Shown in pieces: positions 9,929-19,151 of a DNA stretch of 64,000 nt. Position 1 is the stretch's first letter. Every line of letters begins with the position of its first letter. This DNA is from Candidatus Iainarchaeum sp. (GTDB lineage Archaea; Iainarchaeota; Iainarchaeia; Iainarchaeales; UBA10219). A program made the translations under genes and the position numbers. The notes beneath the pieces were generated by a model. That model did no database searches. It had not been told where the DNA came from and saw nothing but the letters and a program-made list of their open reading frames with translations. The stretch lies in the NCBI GenBank assembly GCA_018304425.1, contig JAGVWE010000003.1:27163-91162 (forward strand). Reading direction: 5' to 3'.

Positions 9929-12124
9929 TCATTTCCGCAGCTTCAAGTCGAAGACCAGGCAGTCCACCTTCTTGGTTTTCTTCCCGAAGTAGAATACCAT
10001 GGACTTCCGCAGGTTCCGGTAGAGCCGGAAACCCATGTTCTTGCAGATGGCAATGCCTTCCGGGTTGTTCCCTTCAAAGCCCAGGGTGACCTTCTTGATT
10101 CCCTGTTTCCTCGCGAAACCAATGGCTTCCCGCAGCAGGGCGGTCGCAATGCCCTTGCCCCTGAACTCTGGCAGCGTGGCAGTGGAGGGGATGAACAGGA
10201 TGGGGCCATCTGGGACATGGGTCTGCCGCGGGTTGTCCGTAACGCAGTAGCCGTGCCGCTTCGTCCAGCGCTCGGTCAGGCAGTACCCGATGACCTGGTT
10301 GTTGACTTCGGCCGCAAAACAGCCGGCGGGGTGCAGTTCGAGCCTGGCCGCGTAATGGGACCTGGGGTCGCAGATTCCGCGGTTGAAAGCCTTTCGCTGT
10401 ATTTCCACGATGCGGTCCAGGTCCCCTGATTTCGCCTTCCGGATCCTGAACGAGGCAAAGTACTGGCGGACCAGGACGCGCACGATGTTGGACTTGAAGG
10501 AATCCCGCTCGGTTCTCGCCACCCGCCCAGCCGCCGCGGGGATGTGTCCGCCGGCGGAGCCCAGCTCCAGGCCCTGCACGGCTTCCTCCAGCAGGTCGTT
10601 GACCTTCACCTTGAAGTCCTGCCGCCGCCCCGAAAAGCGGAGCAGCTTGTCGCCCTTGTCCTGGATGAGGATGAGCGTCTGCCGGGGGAACAACTGGGTG
10701 CTGAGCTTGTTGACCAAGGCGGACTTTATCTCGTACCCTGACTTTATTTCGTAGAATATGAGGTCGAGTTCGGGGATGAATTCCGCTTTCTGGCGGACGC
10801 CCGAGTAAAGCCGCCCGATCTCGCGCTCGAAGGTCTTCTTGTACCGCATGAACTGGCTTCGCAGGACTTCCCGCCAGTTCCGCGCGCAATAGAATTCCCT
10901 GAACAGCCGGGGGAACTCCTTCGGGGCCAGGGACTCGACCGAGGAAATGAGTTCCTTGAGTTCGAGGAGCTTTTCAAGCGGCACCTTGTTCCGGTGGCAG
11001 GTGTCCTTGATGAACTTCCGCCAGGTGCGAAGGCCCATGTCCGCCAGCACGCCGATGGCCGAAATCCAGTCGGTTTCCCGCACGTCGATGACCTGGTTCA
11101 TGCAGTCGAAGACGAGTTTGGCGGCCGGGTACTTGCTGCCATCCAAAGCAGAAAGGTACTGGGCCTTGATGAAGATGACTCTTCCGGATGCCAGGTCCTG
11201 GTAGATTTTGTGGTGGTCGAAGACCACGAACTGGATGTTCTTCGGGGCCTCCTCGATGAGCACGGGGTTGGAGTCGATGCCGATGTCGGAAACAATCACC
11301 TTGTTGATGTCGTGCTTGACGAGGAGGGGGATTATCTTTTCCCGCGTCTCGCGGTCCGAGTAGCCGGAGGGAATCTCCAACTCGGCCGGCCTGCCCCGCA
11401 GTTTCTCGATGGCGCGGTTGAGGATGCAGGCCGAGGTCAGGCCATCCGCGTCCAAGTGGTGGACGAGCGCAATGCGGTCCTCCCGGCGGAGGTGGTACAT
11501 GAAGGTCGTGAGGCGCCCCAAGAGCTTCCGCGCATCCAGTTGCTTGGGAATCTTGTCCTTTATCTGGCTGCCCAGCCTCAAATCGAGTTCAAAGACCAGG
11601 CCGTCCACGGGCTCCCGGTGCAGGGGCTTGAAAAAACCGGGCACCGTTTTCTTGAGCTTGAACCGGAATTTCGAGTAAAACCCGTGCGCGCGCTTCTGCG
11701 TGCGCCGCGAAACCAGCAAGGCCTTCGAGCAATGGTGCCTGCGTGCAAGGTCCAGCAAGGCGTGCATGAGCTTGGTTCCAATCCCCTTGGCCTGGTGGTC
11801 GGGATGCACGGCCACCACGTGAATGTACATGATTTGGCCGCTGGAGACATGCCGGCCTCGAATGGGTTGGCCGGCTTCCAGGGGATGCATTTCATCCCAA
11901 AACTCGGCGCTGAGGTAACCCAAAATCTGGCCCTCCTCCTCGTATGCGAGGAAGCCATCCCGAAAGGCTTTAAGGCGCTTCCGGAGGGTTTCGCGGCTGT
12001 CGGCGATGCCAGGCGGAAAGATGAGGCGCTCGAGCCCGGCCAGTTGCTTCAAGTCCGTTTCCCGCGCCCGCCTCACCGGCGATACATAGGCGTATCCCGT
12101 TGCATGGTCTTTCAACTGGCTCAC
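9929..12124 (-). CDS. Multidomain protein: N-terminal GNAT acetyltransferase, DHH/DHHA1 phosphoesterase core, C-terminal GNAT acetyltransferase
   Basis: GNAT motif A twice (VAVHPDHQAKGIGTKLM; LPEFRGKGIATALL). DHH motifs (HHLDADGLTSA; VVFDHHK) and the DHHA1 GGGH motif (GSAGGHIPAAAG). GTG start. TTTTTTT tract after the stop on the minus strand. Confidence 0.75.
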   Translation of the reverse strand: MSQLKDHATGYAYVSPVRRARETDLKQLAGLERLIFPPGIADSRETLRKRLKAFRDGFLAYEEEGQILGYLSAEFWDEMHPLEAGQPIRGRHVSSGQIMYIHVVAVHPDHQAKGIGTKLMHALLDLARRHHCSKALLVSRRTQKRAHGFYSKFRFKLKKTVPGFFKPLHREPVDGLVFELDLRLGSQIKDKIPKQLDARKLLGRLTTFMYHLRREDRIALVHHLDADGLTSACILNRAIEKLRGRPAELEIPSGYSDRETREKIIPLLVKHDINKVIVSDIGIDSNPVLIEEAPKNIQFVVFDHHKIYQDLASGRVIFIKAQYLSALDGSKYPAAKLVFDCMNQVIDVRETDWISAIGVLADMGLRTWRKFIKDTCHRNKVPLEKLLELKELISSVESLAPKEFPRLFREFYCARNWREVLRSQFMRYKKTFEREIGRLYSGVRQKAEFIPELDLIFYEIKSGYEIKSALVNKLSTQLFPRQTLILIQDKGDKLLRFSGRRQDFKVKVNDLLEEAVQGLELGSAGGHIPAAAGRVARTERDSFKSNIVRVLVRQYFASFRIRKAKSGDLDRIVEIQRKAFNRGICDPRSHYAARLELHPAGCFAAEVNNQVIGYCLTERWTKRHGYCVTDNPRQTHVPDGPILFIPSTATLPEFRGKGIATALLREAIGFARKQGIKKVTLGFEGNNPEGIAICKNMGFRLYRNLRKSMVFYFGKKTKKVDCLVFDLKLRK

Positions 12125-12258
12125 CCCTCGCTCTCCAAGCCATCCATACTATGGTTTGAACCCCTATATAAACAATGGGTTGATTTCCTTGCCTTGCCCG
12201 GCCCAAGAAAACCTTATTAAGCTGAACCCCCATACGTTAAATCCGGTGGGTGCGGCAA

Positions 12259-12426
12259 ATGGCGTATGAACACCGGAACTCCAGGGGAAAAACCTATTAC
12301 CTGCACCAGAAGGGCAGGCTATACTACTTCGCATCCAAGCAGGGGCCCAACGCCATCGACCTTCCCGAAGGCTTCAAAGTCATCGAGAACCCGAAGACCG
12401 GGCTGCCCATGCTGAAAGGCAAATGA
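12259..12426 (+). CDS. Small hypothetical protein (55 aa, KTYYLHQKG...YYF motif)
   Basis: ATG ORF below the track cutoff; not supported by homology I can verify. Confidence 0.3.
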   Translation: MAYEHRNSRGKTYYLHQKGRLYYFASKQGPNAIDLPEGFKVIENPKTGLPMLKGK

Positions 12427-12433
12427 ATTACTT

Positions 12434-13261
12434 CTATTCGGCGACCTTGGAAGTGCCGAGTTCCCGAATACGCACCTCGCACAGTCTAGCCCAGGACGGC
12501 ATCAGTTCCCGGATGGTAAATTCGTCCTCGGCCGCTGGCCGGCCTGCAAGCCGCTTGCCCAATGCCCGGTAACCCGCCATGAGTTGCCTCCTCTGGTTTC
12601 GGGTCAAACCGATTTTCTGCACCCACGCGAGTTGCTCCACTTCGTAGAGCGCTCCCACCGATGCCGCCAACTCCCGGGCTTCCTTCAGCCTGGCTTCAGC
12701 CGCTTCCAGCTCCACCCGAGTCCGTGCAAGCGCCTTGGACAGTTTCGATTCGCTCAGGCGCTCGAACAACTTGTGCTTCAGGTTAAACTCCAGGGCCTCC
12801 CGTTGAACCTTGTAGGCGTTGATTCGCTTGCGCCATAGCTCCACGTGATTCAAGAAAAAATCCTTCATGGACTCTGGTGAGGAGCCGATGGTCCAAAAAC
12901 GGGAGAATTTTCGCCCAAATTCCCTGGCGTTGGCATCCGTTCCATTGTAGTCCGCCAACAGGCCGTTGGCCCTGCGCCGGAGTTGTTCCCGCGTCTCGCG
13001 CCGTTCCCGCCGCCGGCCCATGGCCCGCGCGCGGTACCGCACGTACTCTTCGTAGCCGGGCTCGAACTCGGAGTAGGCACGCGATTCAAAGGGCTTGGTC
13101 CGCAGGTCCTTGTACATGGGCCGCTTGGCCGGGGGAAGGCCTTGCTCCCGGCGCAACTGATACTGGGCGCGGTAACGGGCCAGCCTCCTGCGCTGCACGA
13201 GGCGAAAATAGTTGCCCCGCTCCATCAAGGTGGGCTTCCGCCTGGGTGCCGGGCTTACCAT
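12434..13261 (-). CDS. Arg-rich hypothetical protein, member A of a tandem triad
   Basis: ATG at 13261 (MVSPAPRRKPTL) with GTTTATAAAC 22-31 nt upstream on the minus strand; coiled-coil-like C-terminus. The track ORF extends to 13342. Confidence 0.5.
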   Translation of the reverse strand: MVSPAPRRKPTLMERGNYFRLVQRRRLARYRAQYQLRREQGLPPAKRPMYKDLRTKPFESRAYSEFEPGYEEYVRYRARAMGRRRERRETREQLRRRANGLLADYNGTDANAREFGRKFSRFWTIGSSPESMKDFFLNHVELWRKRINAYKVQREALEFNLKHKLFERLSESKLSKALARTRVELEAAEARLKEARELAASVGALYEVEQLAWVQKIGLTRNQRRQLMAGYRALGKRLAGRPAAEDEFTIRELMPSWARLCEVRIRELGTSKVAE

Positions 13262-13328
13262 AACCGATATACGGCGTTTCCGGTTTATAAACTTGCCTGG
13301 CCCCGTTCCTCGTCCATTGGCTGGAAGA

Positions 13329-13937
13329 TTACGCGGTGCCACTACTGAACTTTTTTATTTCCGAAGTTAGATAACCTTCAAGCAAGGCGAGCAAGCCGTG
13401 CGGATAGTCCGATCCACGGAGCCTCCCAGCATTGACTTCGGCGCGGTGTTGCCTGAATGCATTCAAGGCACGTTGAAAGAGTTCGGCCACGCTTTTTCGT
13501 TGTGGGCGAAGAAGCCCAGCTGGATCCAAGCCAGGGCCCTGTCGGAAATAGTCCAGGTCAGCAAATACCGCCTTCATTTCCCCTGCAAAGGCGGCACTTG
13601 CTCTTGCCATCGTTATGCCCTGCCTGGCTGCCTCAATTTCTGCTGGGGGGCGGCCCTCAAGGGATGCAAGCTGATTAAACAGCTCGGCTTTGGCCACTTC
13701 GTGTTCTCCTCTTATGCGCTCCATGTCGAAAAATTCGTGCCACATCACGGAATGCACGTTCGTTCCCGCTTGCAAAATGCCACTCGCAATGGATCCCGTG
13801 AGGTGCCTTGCATTGGCCAAGTCACGTTGAAGCCCGCCAACCGCACGCCATTTCTCATCAATCAACTGTTGCGTGCGAGGGTTAGCTCTTCTCGGCCTTC
13901 CCCTCCTTGGATCCTCAGGCCTCCGCTCTAACGGCAT
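13329..13937 (-). CDS. Arg-rich hypothetical protein, member B of a tandem paralog pair
   Basis: ATG at 13937 (MPLERRPEDPRRGRPRR) with TTTAAATA 22-29 nt upstream. Conserved blocks with the next gene (SVMWHEF/SVVHDFN; AFAGEMKAVFADLDY/AYAQEMKGIFFRLTDLD). Confidence 0.55.
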   Translation of the reverse strand: MPLERRPEDPRRGRPRRANPRTQQLIDEKWRAVGGLQRDLANARHLTGSIASGILQAGTNVHSVMWHEFFDMERIRGEHEVAKAELFNQLASLEGRPPAEIEAARQGITMARASAAFAGEMKAVFADLDYFRQGPGLDPAGLLRPQRKSVAELFQRALNAFRQHRAEVNAGRLRGSDYPHGLLALLEGYLTSEIKKFSSGTA

Positions 13938-13988
13938 AAAAGAATTGCCGCTGACCAATTTAAATAGTTTCCAGTCGCCGTAATCCGG

Positions 13989-14609
13989 TTAGCCGCCTTC
14001 AAATCTTCCAGCCACGACGCTCAAATGTCGCTCTAACAGCATTCGCACTTCCCGGTCATTGTCTGATTCATGGATGCTTCCGGCCGCGATTTGCCTACGA
14101 TGCTCGTCTAACAAACTCAGGGCACGCTTTAAAGCCCCTTGTACCTCGGCTCGTTGCGATGGTGAAAGCTTACTTGGAATCAAGCCAACCTTTGCATCCA
14201 AATCAGTTAGTCTAAAGAATATGCCCTTCATTTCCTGTGCATAGGCAGCCGCTGCCTTGGCCTGGTTAAGAACACTAGCAGCCTCCACCCTTGCCCCTGA
14301 TCCCATTTGTTTCAAGAGAGTCGCTCTACGAACCAGCTTTTCTCTTCCAACGTTAAAATCATGCACGACGGAAAGCGTAGCAAAATAATCAGCCCACGGA
14401 CGAGGGTTGGCAACATCCGCCCAGTTCCATACTTCAGCCTGTGCCAATTCAAGAGCCACCCGCATGGATTCCATCCTTCGGTTTTGCTCCCCAATGCCTT
14501 CCAGGGTTTGTCGATAAAGCTGTGCCCTGCGGGTTGCCCCCGCCGTTGGTTTCCCTTGACCCCGTCGTTCCTCAGGCCGCCGCCTGTCAACCCGCTTGTC
14601 AACCGCCAT
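13989..14609 (-). CDS. Arg-rich hypothetical protein, member C of a tandem paralog pair
   Basis: ATG at 14609 (MAVDKRVDRRRPEERRG). Promoter-proximal sequence CATAAAAGAA(C/T)T...ACCAATTTAAATA is duplicated with gene B. Confidence 0.55.
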   Translation of the reverse strand: MAVDKRVDRRRPEERRGQGKPTAGATRRAQLYRQTLEGIGEQNRRMESMRVALELAQAEVWNWADVANPRPWADYFATLSVVHDFNVGREKLVRRATLLKQMGSGARVEAASVLNQAKAAAAYAQEMKGIFFRLTDLDAKVGLIPSKLSPSQRAEVQGALKRALSLLDEHRRQIAAGSIHESDNDREVRMLLERHLSVVAGRFEGG

Positions 14610-14629
14610 AAAAGAACTATTCCTAACCA

Positions 14630-14640
14630 ATTTAAATATC
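14630..14640. promoter_or_regulatory. Single TTTAAATA TATA box shared by divergent genes (paralog C on minus, tldD on plus)
   Basis: TATA ~22-30 nt from both start codons (14609 minus, 14662 plus). Confidence 0.45.
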
Positions 14641-14661
14641 TTTACTGGCTGTTTAAAAGCA

Positions 14662-16236
14662 ATGCAAGCCAAACTACTGGGCATCGAGGCCTTGGAGCCG
14701 GCGAAGGACGTCATTGTCAAGGCCCTCGACGAGGCGAAGCGCAAGGCCTACCTCGCCTATGCGGATGTGCGCCTGGACTTGGGGGAAGGCAAAGCGGTTT
14801 TCGCCTTGCAAGGCAATGCCAAGGGCGCAACGGAAGACAATGAAATGAGTTGCGGGGTCCGCGTTTACGTTGAGAAGGGCGGCGTGGCCTCGGCGGGTTT
14901 TGTCGGCCGGAGCCTTGGCGAACAGGAACTGAACGGCCTGGCCCAGGTGCTCAAGGAGATGCACGGCCTGGCCTACAAGCGCGCCAGGGCGAACCAAGCA
15001 CATAAGCGAGCCCTGGCGAAGAAATACAAGTTTTTCGGGAAGAGCCTGACCGCGGGAAAGCTGGCCCCGGTCAAGGCCTGCGTGGACACGCTTAAGCCCA
15101 GTTTCAAGCGGAACCCACGCGACTACTCCTTCGAGGAACTGGTGCGGCGCACCGAGCGCTGCAGCCAACTGGTCCAAAAGCTGCCGGGCATGGCCTCGAA
15201 CAGCGTTTCCATCGTGACCGGCCTGGGAAGGCAATTGTTCGCCAGCACGGAGGGCGCGTTCATCGACGACTCCAATGCCCTAACCCAGGGATTCCTCTTC
15301 GTGACCGCGAAAGGCAAGGCAGTTGAAACCTTTTACGAGTGGAACGGCGCCTATGCAGGCCTGGAAGTGCTCGAAGGCGAGAACGGCTTCCGGATGAACT
15401 TCGAGGACTTCTGCCAATACATCGCCGAAGGCACCATCGAGGTCTCGAATGCACCCGCCATGAAGACCACGGAAAAGCCAATGACCGTCATCTGCGACCC
15501 GCGCTTCAACGCCCTGGTCTCCCACGAGATCTGCGGCCACCCCAGCGAAGCCGACCGCGCCCTGAAACGCGAGGCGGCCTGGGCTGGAAGGGCGTGGTGG
15601 TTCAGGGGCATGGACGACAACGAATTCGGGAAACCCGTGGCCTCGGAACAGGTCAGCGTCTTCTCGGACCCCAGCCTGCAAGGCTATGGCAATTACAAGT
15701 ACGACGACGAGGGCGTGCCAGCGAAGAAGGTCTACAACATCAAGGAAGGGCGGCTGAACGCGTTCATCAACTCAAGGGAAACGGCCACCATCCTGGGCCA
15801 GGAACCCAATGGCGGGATGAGAGCCGCGAGCGCTATGCAGGTGCCGCTCATCCGCATGAACAACACCTGCCTCGACAAGGGCGACTGGTCGAAGGACGAA
15901 ATCTTCAAGGACACCCGGGAAGGCTATTACCTGTTCGGCCAGAAAACGCCTTCCATTGGGGAGACGCGGCAGAACTTCAAGATCACCTGCTGGAAGCTGT
16001 ACAAGGTCGAGAACGGCGAATTGACGCAGCTCTACCGCATGGGCGGGATTACTGCCGACTCGGCGGCCTACCTGAAAAGCATCGACGCCGCTGCGGATGA
16101 CCTGCACGTGCACAACATCCCCAACTGCGGGAAGGGAACCCCCATGCAGAGCATGATGGTCGGGAACGGCGGCCCGCACACGCGGGGAAAGGCCATTGTC
16201 ACCGGCGCCCACGCCGAGGGAAGGGGCAGCCTATGA
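14662..16236 (+). CDS. tldD: Metalloprotease TldD
   Basis: TldD/PmbA fold with the HEICGH motif; ATG 26 nt downstream of the TATA. Confidence 0.85.
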   Translation: MQAKLLGIEALEPAKDVIVKALDEAKRKAYLAYADVRLDLGEGKAVFALQGNAKGATEDNEMSCGVRVYVEKGGVASAGFVGRSLGEQELNGLAQVLKEMHGLAYKRARANQAHKRALAKKYKFFGKSLTAGKLAPVKACVDTLKPSFKRNPRDYSFEELVRRTERCSQLVQKLPGMASNSVSIVTGLGRQLFASTEGAFIDDSNALTQGFLFVTAKGKAVETFYEWNGAYAGLEVLEGENGFRMNFEDFCQYIAEGTIEVSNAPAMKTTEKPMTVICDPRFNALVSHEICGHPSEADRALKREAAWAGRAWWFRGMDDNEFGKPVASEQVSVFSDPSLQGYGNYKYDDEGVPAKKVYNIKEGRLNAFINSRETATILGQEPNGGMRAASAMQVPLIRMNNTCLDKGDWSKDEIFKDTREGYYLFGQKTPSIGETRQNFKITCWKLYKVENGELTQLYRMGGITADSAAYLKSIDAAADDLHVHNIPNCGKGTPMQSMMVGNGGPHTRGKAIVTGAHAEGRGSL

Positions 16237-17687
16237 GAACCGTGAAAGAACTCCGGGACGCGGTAACGGAGGGCCTGCGCTGGGTGGAGAAGCAGCCGCG
16301 CGTGAAAGAAGCGGAAGTATACGCTTCGGCGACCTACCTCAACGTGCAGCGCATCTGTTACGCGACGAATGTTCCCAGCAATGGCCTCGAAGAGCCGAAG
16401 TCCGAGGAATCGTATGGCTTGAGCGTGCGCGTGCGGTTCGAGGACGGGAGACTCGGCTTCGGCAAGGAGGACAGTGCGCTGGACAGGCGGGGCTATGGCA
16501 ACGCGTTCCTCAAAGCCGAACGCAACGCGGTGCTGGACACGGATTTCCACTCGCTGCCATCACCCCTTCCCGCATCCCTGCGGGGCAAGGCGCGTGCGCC
16601 CAGGAACGCGTTCGCGGACAAGGCCATCGCGAACCTCGATGATGGGAAAGCCATCGACAAGGCCTATGACTGCCTGGGCGGGGCCTTCGAGGCGCTGGCG
16701 CGCGCCGAACGCGACCTCAACATCACGGGCGAATTGAATTTCACGGTCGAACGCATGGCGCTGGCGAACTCCAACGGCGTGAAAGCCGAGGAAGAGAACA
16801 CGCAGGCCCTGGCGGCTTTGACCACCCTCTTGGAAGGCAAGCCGGACATCGCCGGCATGGACTTCGACTCCAACACCCACTTGAAGGCCTTGAACGCCCG
16901 CAAAACCGGGTTTTCTTCGGCGGAGAAGGCCTTGGCCATGCGGGGGGCCAAGAGCATCGAGTCCGGTTCCTACCGGGCGGTGCTGGGACGGCTCGCGGTA
17001 ACCGACCTGCTGCACAGCCGCTTCGAGGTGGGCTTGAACGCGGTGGACGAGCAAGCAACTCCCTTCGTCGGGAAGCTGGGCCGGAAACTCTTCTCCACGC
17101 AACTCAACCTCTCGGACGATGCTTTGGTCTCCGGGGCCATCGGCTCCCGTGGTTACACGGACGAGGGCTTCGCGGCAGGAAAGACCTTGTTGGTAAAGGA
17201 CGGGGTGCTGGAGAATTTCCTGTCAAACGACTACTATTGCAAGAAGTTCCCCGACGAGAAAAGGTACAACCCCTTGAACGGCTACCGCAGGGGCCGCAAC
17301 TACGCCTCCGACCCGGGCATCCACGGCACCAACTTGGTGGTCGAACCAGGCAGCTTCTCGGACGAGGAACTCATCCGCGAAGTCAGGAACGGCATCTACA
17401 TCGGCCGCATCTGGTACACCTATCCGGTGAACGGCCTGGCGTCCAGTGATTTCACGACCACCATCCGGGGAGACTCTTACCTCATCGAGGACGGCGAAAT
17501 CAAGTCGGCTTTGACGCCCAACACCTGCCGGGTCTCGGACAACTTCGAGCGCGTGTTCAAGGGCGTGCTCGGCCTCGGCCGAAAACAACGGGTCACCTTC
17601 GCCTGGGGCCAGGAACCCGTCGTCATCACGCCCGAAACCGCGGTGGAAAGCGTGAAAGTGGAACGCATCGCCAAAGGGCTGTATTAG
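16233..17687 (+). CDS. pmbA: Metalloprotease PmbA/TldE
   Basis: TldD/PmbA family (IHGTNLVVEPGSF...GIYIGRIWYTYPVNG); ATGA start/stop overlap with tldD. Confidence 0.8.
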   Translation: MRTVKELRDAVTEGLRWVEKQPRVKEAEVYASATYLNVQRICYATNVPSNGLEEPKSEESYGLSVRVRFEDGRLGFGKEDSALDRRGYGNAFLKAERNAVLDTDFHSLPSPLPASLRGKARAPRNAFADKAIANLDDGKAIDKAYDCLGGAFEALARAERDLNITGELNFTVERMALANSNGVKAEEENTQALAALTTLLEGKPDIAGMDFDSNTHLKALNARKTGFSSAEKALAMRGAKSIESGSYRAVLGRLAVTDLLHSRFEVGLNAVDEQATPFVGKLGRKLFSTQLNLSDDALVSGAIGSRGYTDEGFAAGKTLLVKDGVLENFLSNDYYCKKFPDEKRYNPLNGYRRGRNYASDPGIHGTNLVVEPGSFSDEELIREVRNGIYIGRIWYTYPVNGLASSDFTTTIRGDSYLIEDGEIKSALTPNTCRVSDNFERVFKGVLGLGRKQRVTFAWGQEPVVITPETAVESVKVERIAKGLY

Positions 17688-17716
17688 GCCTTTGCCTGCG
17701 GCAAAAGGCGTTTTCC
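17688..17716 (+). terminator. Imperfect hairpin (GCCTTTGCC/GGCAAAAGGC) plus GTTTTCC after pmbA
   Basis: Inverted repeat overlapping the pmbA stop, followed by a T-rich run. Confidence 0.35.
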
Positions 17717-17769
17717 GCGCCGGACGCCGTGGTAGGCCTTTTAAAGGCTTGGCAGGAAAAGTGGGTACA

Positions 17770-18627
17770 ATGGTGTCTGCCTTGCTGACCGACCAAATGC
17801 AGAAAAAGCTCTTGCAGATTCTCAACGAGGACATCGGCTCGGGCGACATCACGGCCGCCCTGGTGCCCCGGAAAAAGTGCCGGGCCACGATTGCCGCGGG
17901 CGAGCAAGCCCGGGTCGCTGGCCTCGAGGAAGTGGCTTACTTGTTCGAGCAGGCAAAGGTTTCGGCCAAACTCCACGTCAACGACGGTGACCTGGTGGAA
18001 AAGGGCCAGATCGTCTTGGAAGCCGAGGGCGTCAACCAGAACGTGCTGGCCGTCGAGCGCACCGCGTTGAACATCCTGGGCCGGATGTCGGGCGTGGCCA
18101 CGAAATGCTGGCAGGCCGTGCAGGCCGCGAAAAACCCGGACATGAAAATCCTGTTAACCCGCAAGACCATGCCGGGCTTCAACGAATTCGACAAGAAGGC
18201 GTGCGCCTTCGGCGGGGTGGGACCGCACCGCATGAACCTCTCGGACATGGTGCTGGTCAAGGAAAACCACCTGGCCTTCTTTGAGACCCTGCCCGCGGCC
18301 TTGTTCCGCGCCAAGAAGTCCAAGTACCAGGGCCCCATCGAAATCGAGGTGCAAAACCTCCAGCAGGCCGTGCAAGCCATGCGGACCGGCATCGTGGACG
18401 TCGTCCTGCTGGACAACTTTTCCGTGGAGGACGCCAGGAAAGCCATTCCCTTGCTGAAGAAAATGGGCGAAGTCAAAATCGAGTTGAGCGGCGGCATCAC
18501 CCTGGCCAACCTGCGGGAGTACGCCAAGCTCGACCCGGACTTCCTCTCCATGGGCGAGCTCACGAAGGACGCAAAGACCGTGGACTTTTCCCTGGACATC
18601 GTGGAAGTCTTGGAGGGAGAGGCATGA
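17770..18627 (+). CDS. nadC: Nicotinate-nucleotide pyrophosphorylase (quinolinate phosphoribosyltransferase) NadC
   Basis: QPRTase family; ATG 25 nt downstream of CCTTTTAAAGG. The track ORF starts at 17692. Confidence 0.85.
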   Translation: MVSALLTDQMQKKLLQILNEDIGSGDITAALVPRKKCRATIAAGEQARVAGLEEVAYLFEQAKVSAKLHVNDGDLVEKGQIVLEAEGVNQNVLAVERTALNILGRMSGVATKCWQAVQAAKNPDMKILLTRKTMPGFNEFDKKACAFGGVGPHRMNLSDMVLVKENHLAFFETLPAALFRAKKSKYQGPIEIEVQNLQQAVQAMRTGIVDVVLLDNFSVEDARKAIPLLKKMGEVKIELSGGITLANLREYAKLDPDFLSMGELTKDAKTVDFSLDIVEVLEGEA

Positions 18628-19139
18628 GGGGCCTGGTAGTGGGGAGGTTCCAGCCCTATCATTCCGGGCACCACCAGGCCATCAAGAACATCCTGGGGGA
18701 AGTCGACGAGCTGGTCATCGTCATCGGCTCCACGCAGAAGAGCTATGAGCGGGAGAACCCGTTCACGGCCGGGGAACGGATTGAGATGATTTCCGAGGCC
18801 CTGAAAAAAGACAAGCTGTTCGGCGCCTGCTTCCTCGTGCCCATCGCGGACGTGGGCGAGAACGCGGTGTGGACGAAAAAGGTGAGGAGCCACTGCCCCA
18901 GGTTCGACGTCGTGTACTCGAACAACCCCCTGGTCAAGCAGTTGTTTGAAGGCGAGGGCATCCAGTCCAAGCCCATGGTCTCCAAGCTGAAGGACATCGA
19001 CTCCACCCAGGTGCGGAAGCTCATGCTCTCCAACGGCGAATGGCGGAAGCTGCTGCCCAAGCCGGTCGTGGACTACCTGTCCTCCATCAAGGCAGTGGAG
19101 CGGATGAAAGCCATCGCCAAGAACGAGGAAAAGTTCTAG
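18624..19139 (+). CDS. nadM: Nicotinamide-nucleotide adenylyltransferase, archaeal NadM type
   Basis: 171 aa with the GRFQPYHSGH nucleotidyltransferase motif; ATGA overlap with nadC. Confidence 0.85.
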   Translation: MRGLVVGRFQPYHSGHHQAIKNILGEVDELVIVIGSTQKSYERENPFTAGERIEMISEALKKDKLFGACFLVPIADVGENAVWTKKVRSHCPRFDVVYSNNPLVKQLFEGEGIQSKPMVSKLKDIDSTQVRKLMLSNGEWRKLLPKPVVDYLSSIKAVERMKAIAKNEEKF

Positions 19140-19151
19140 CCTGGGACCCGC

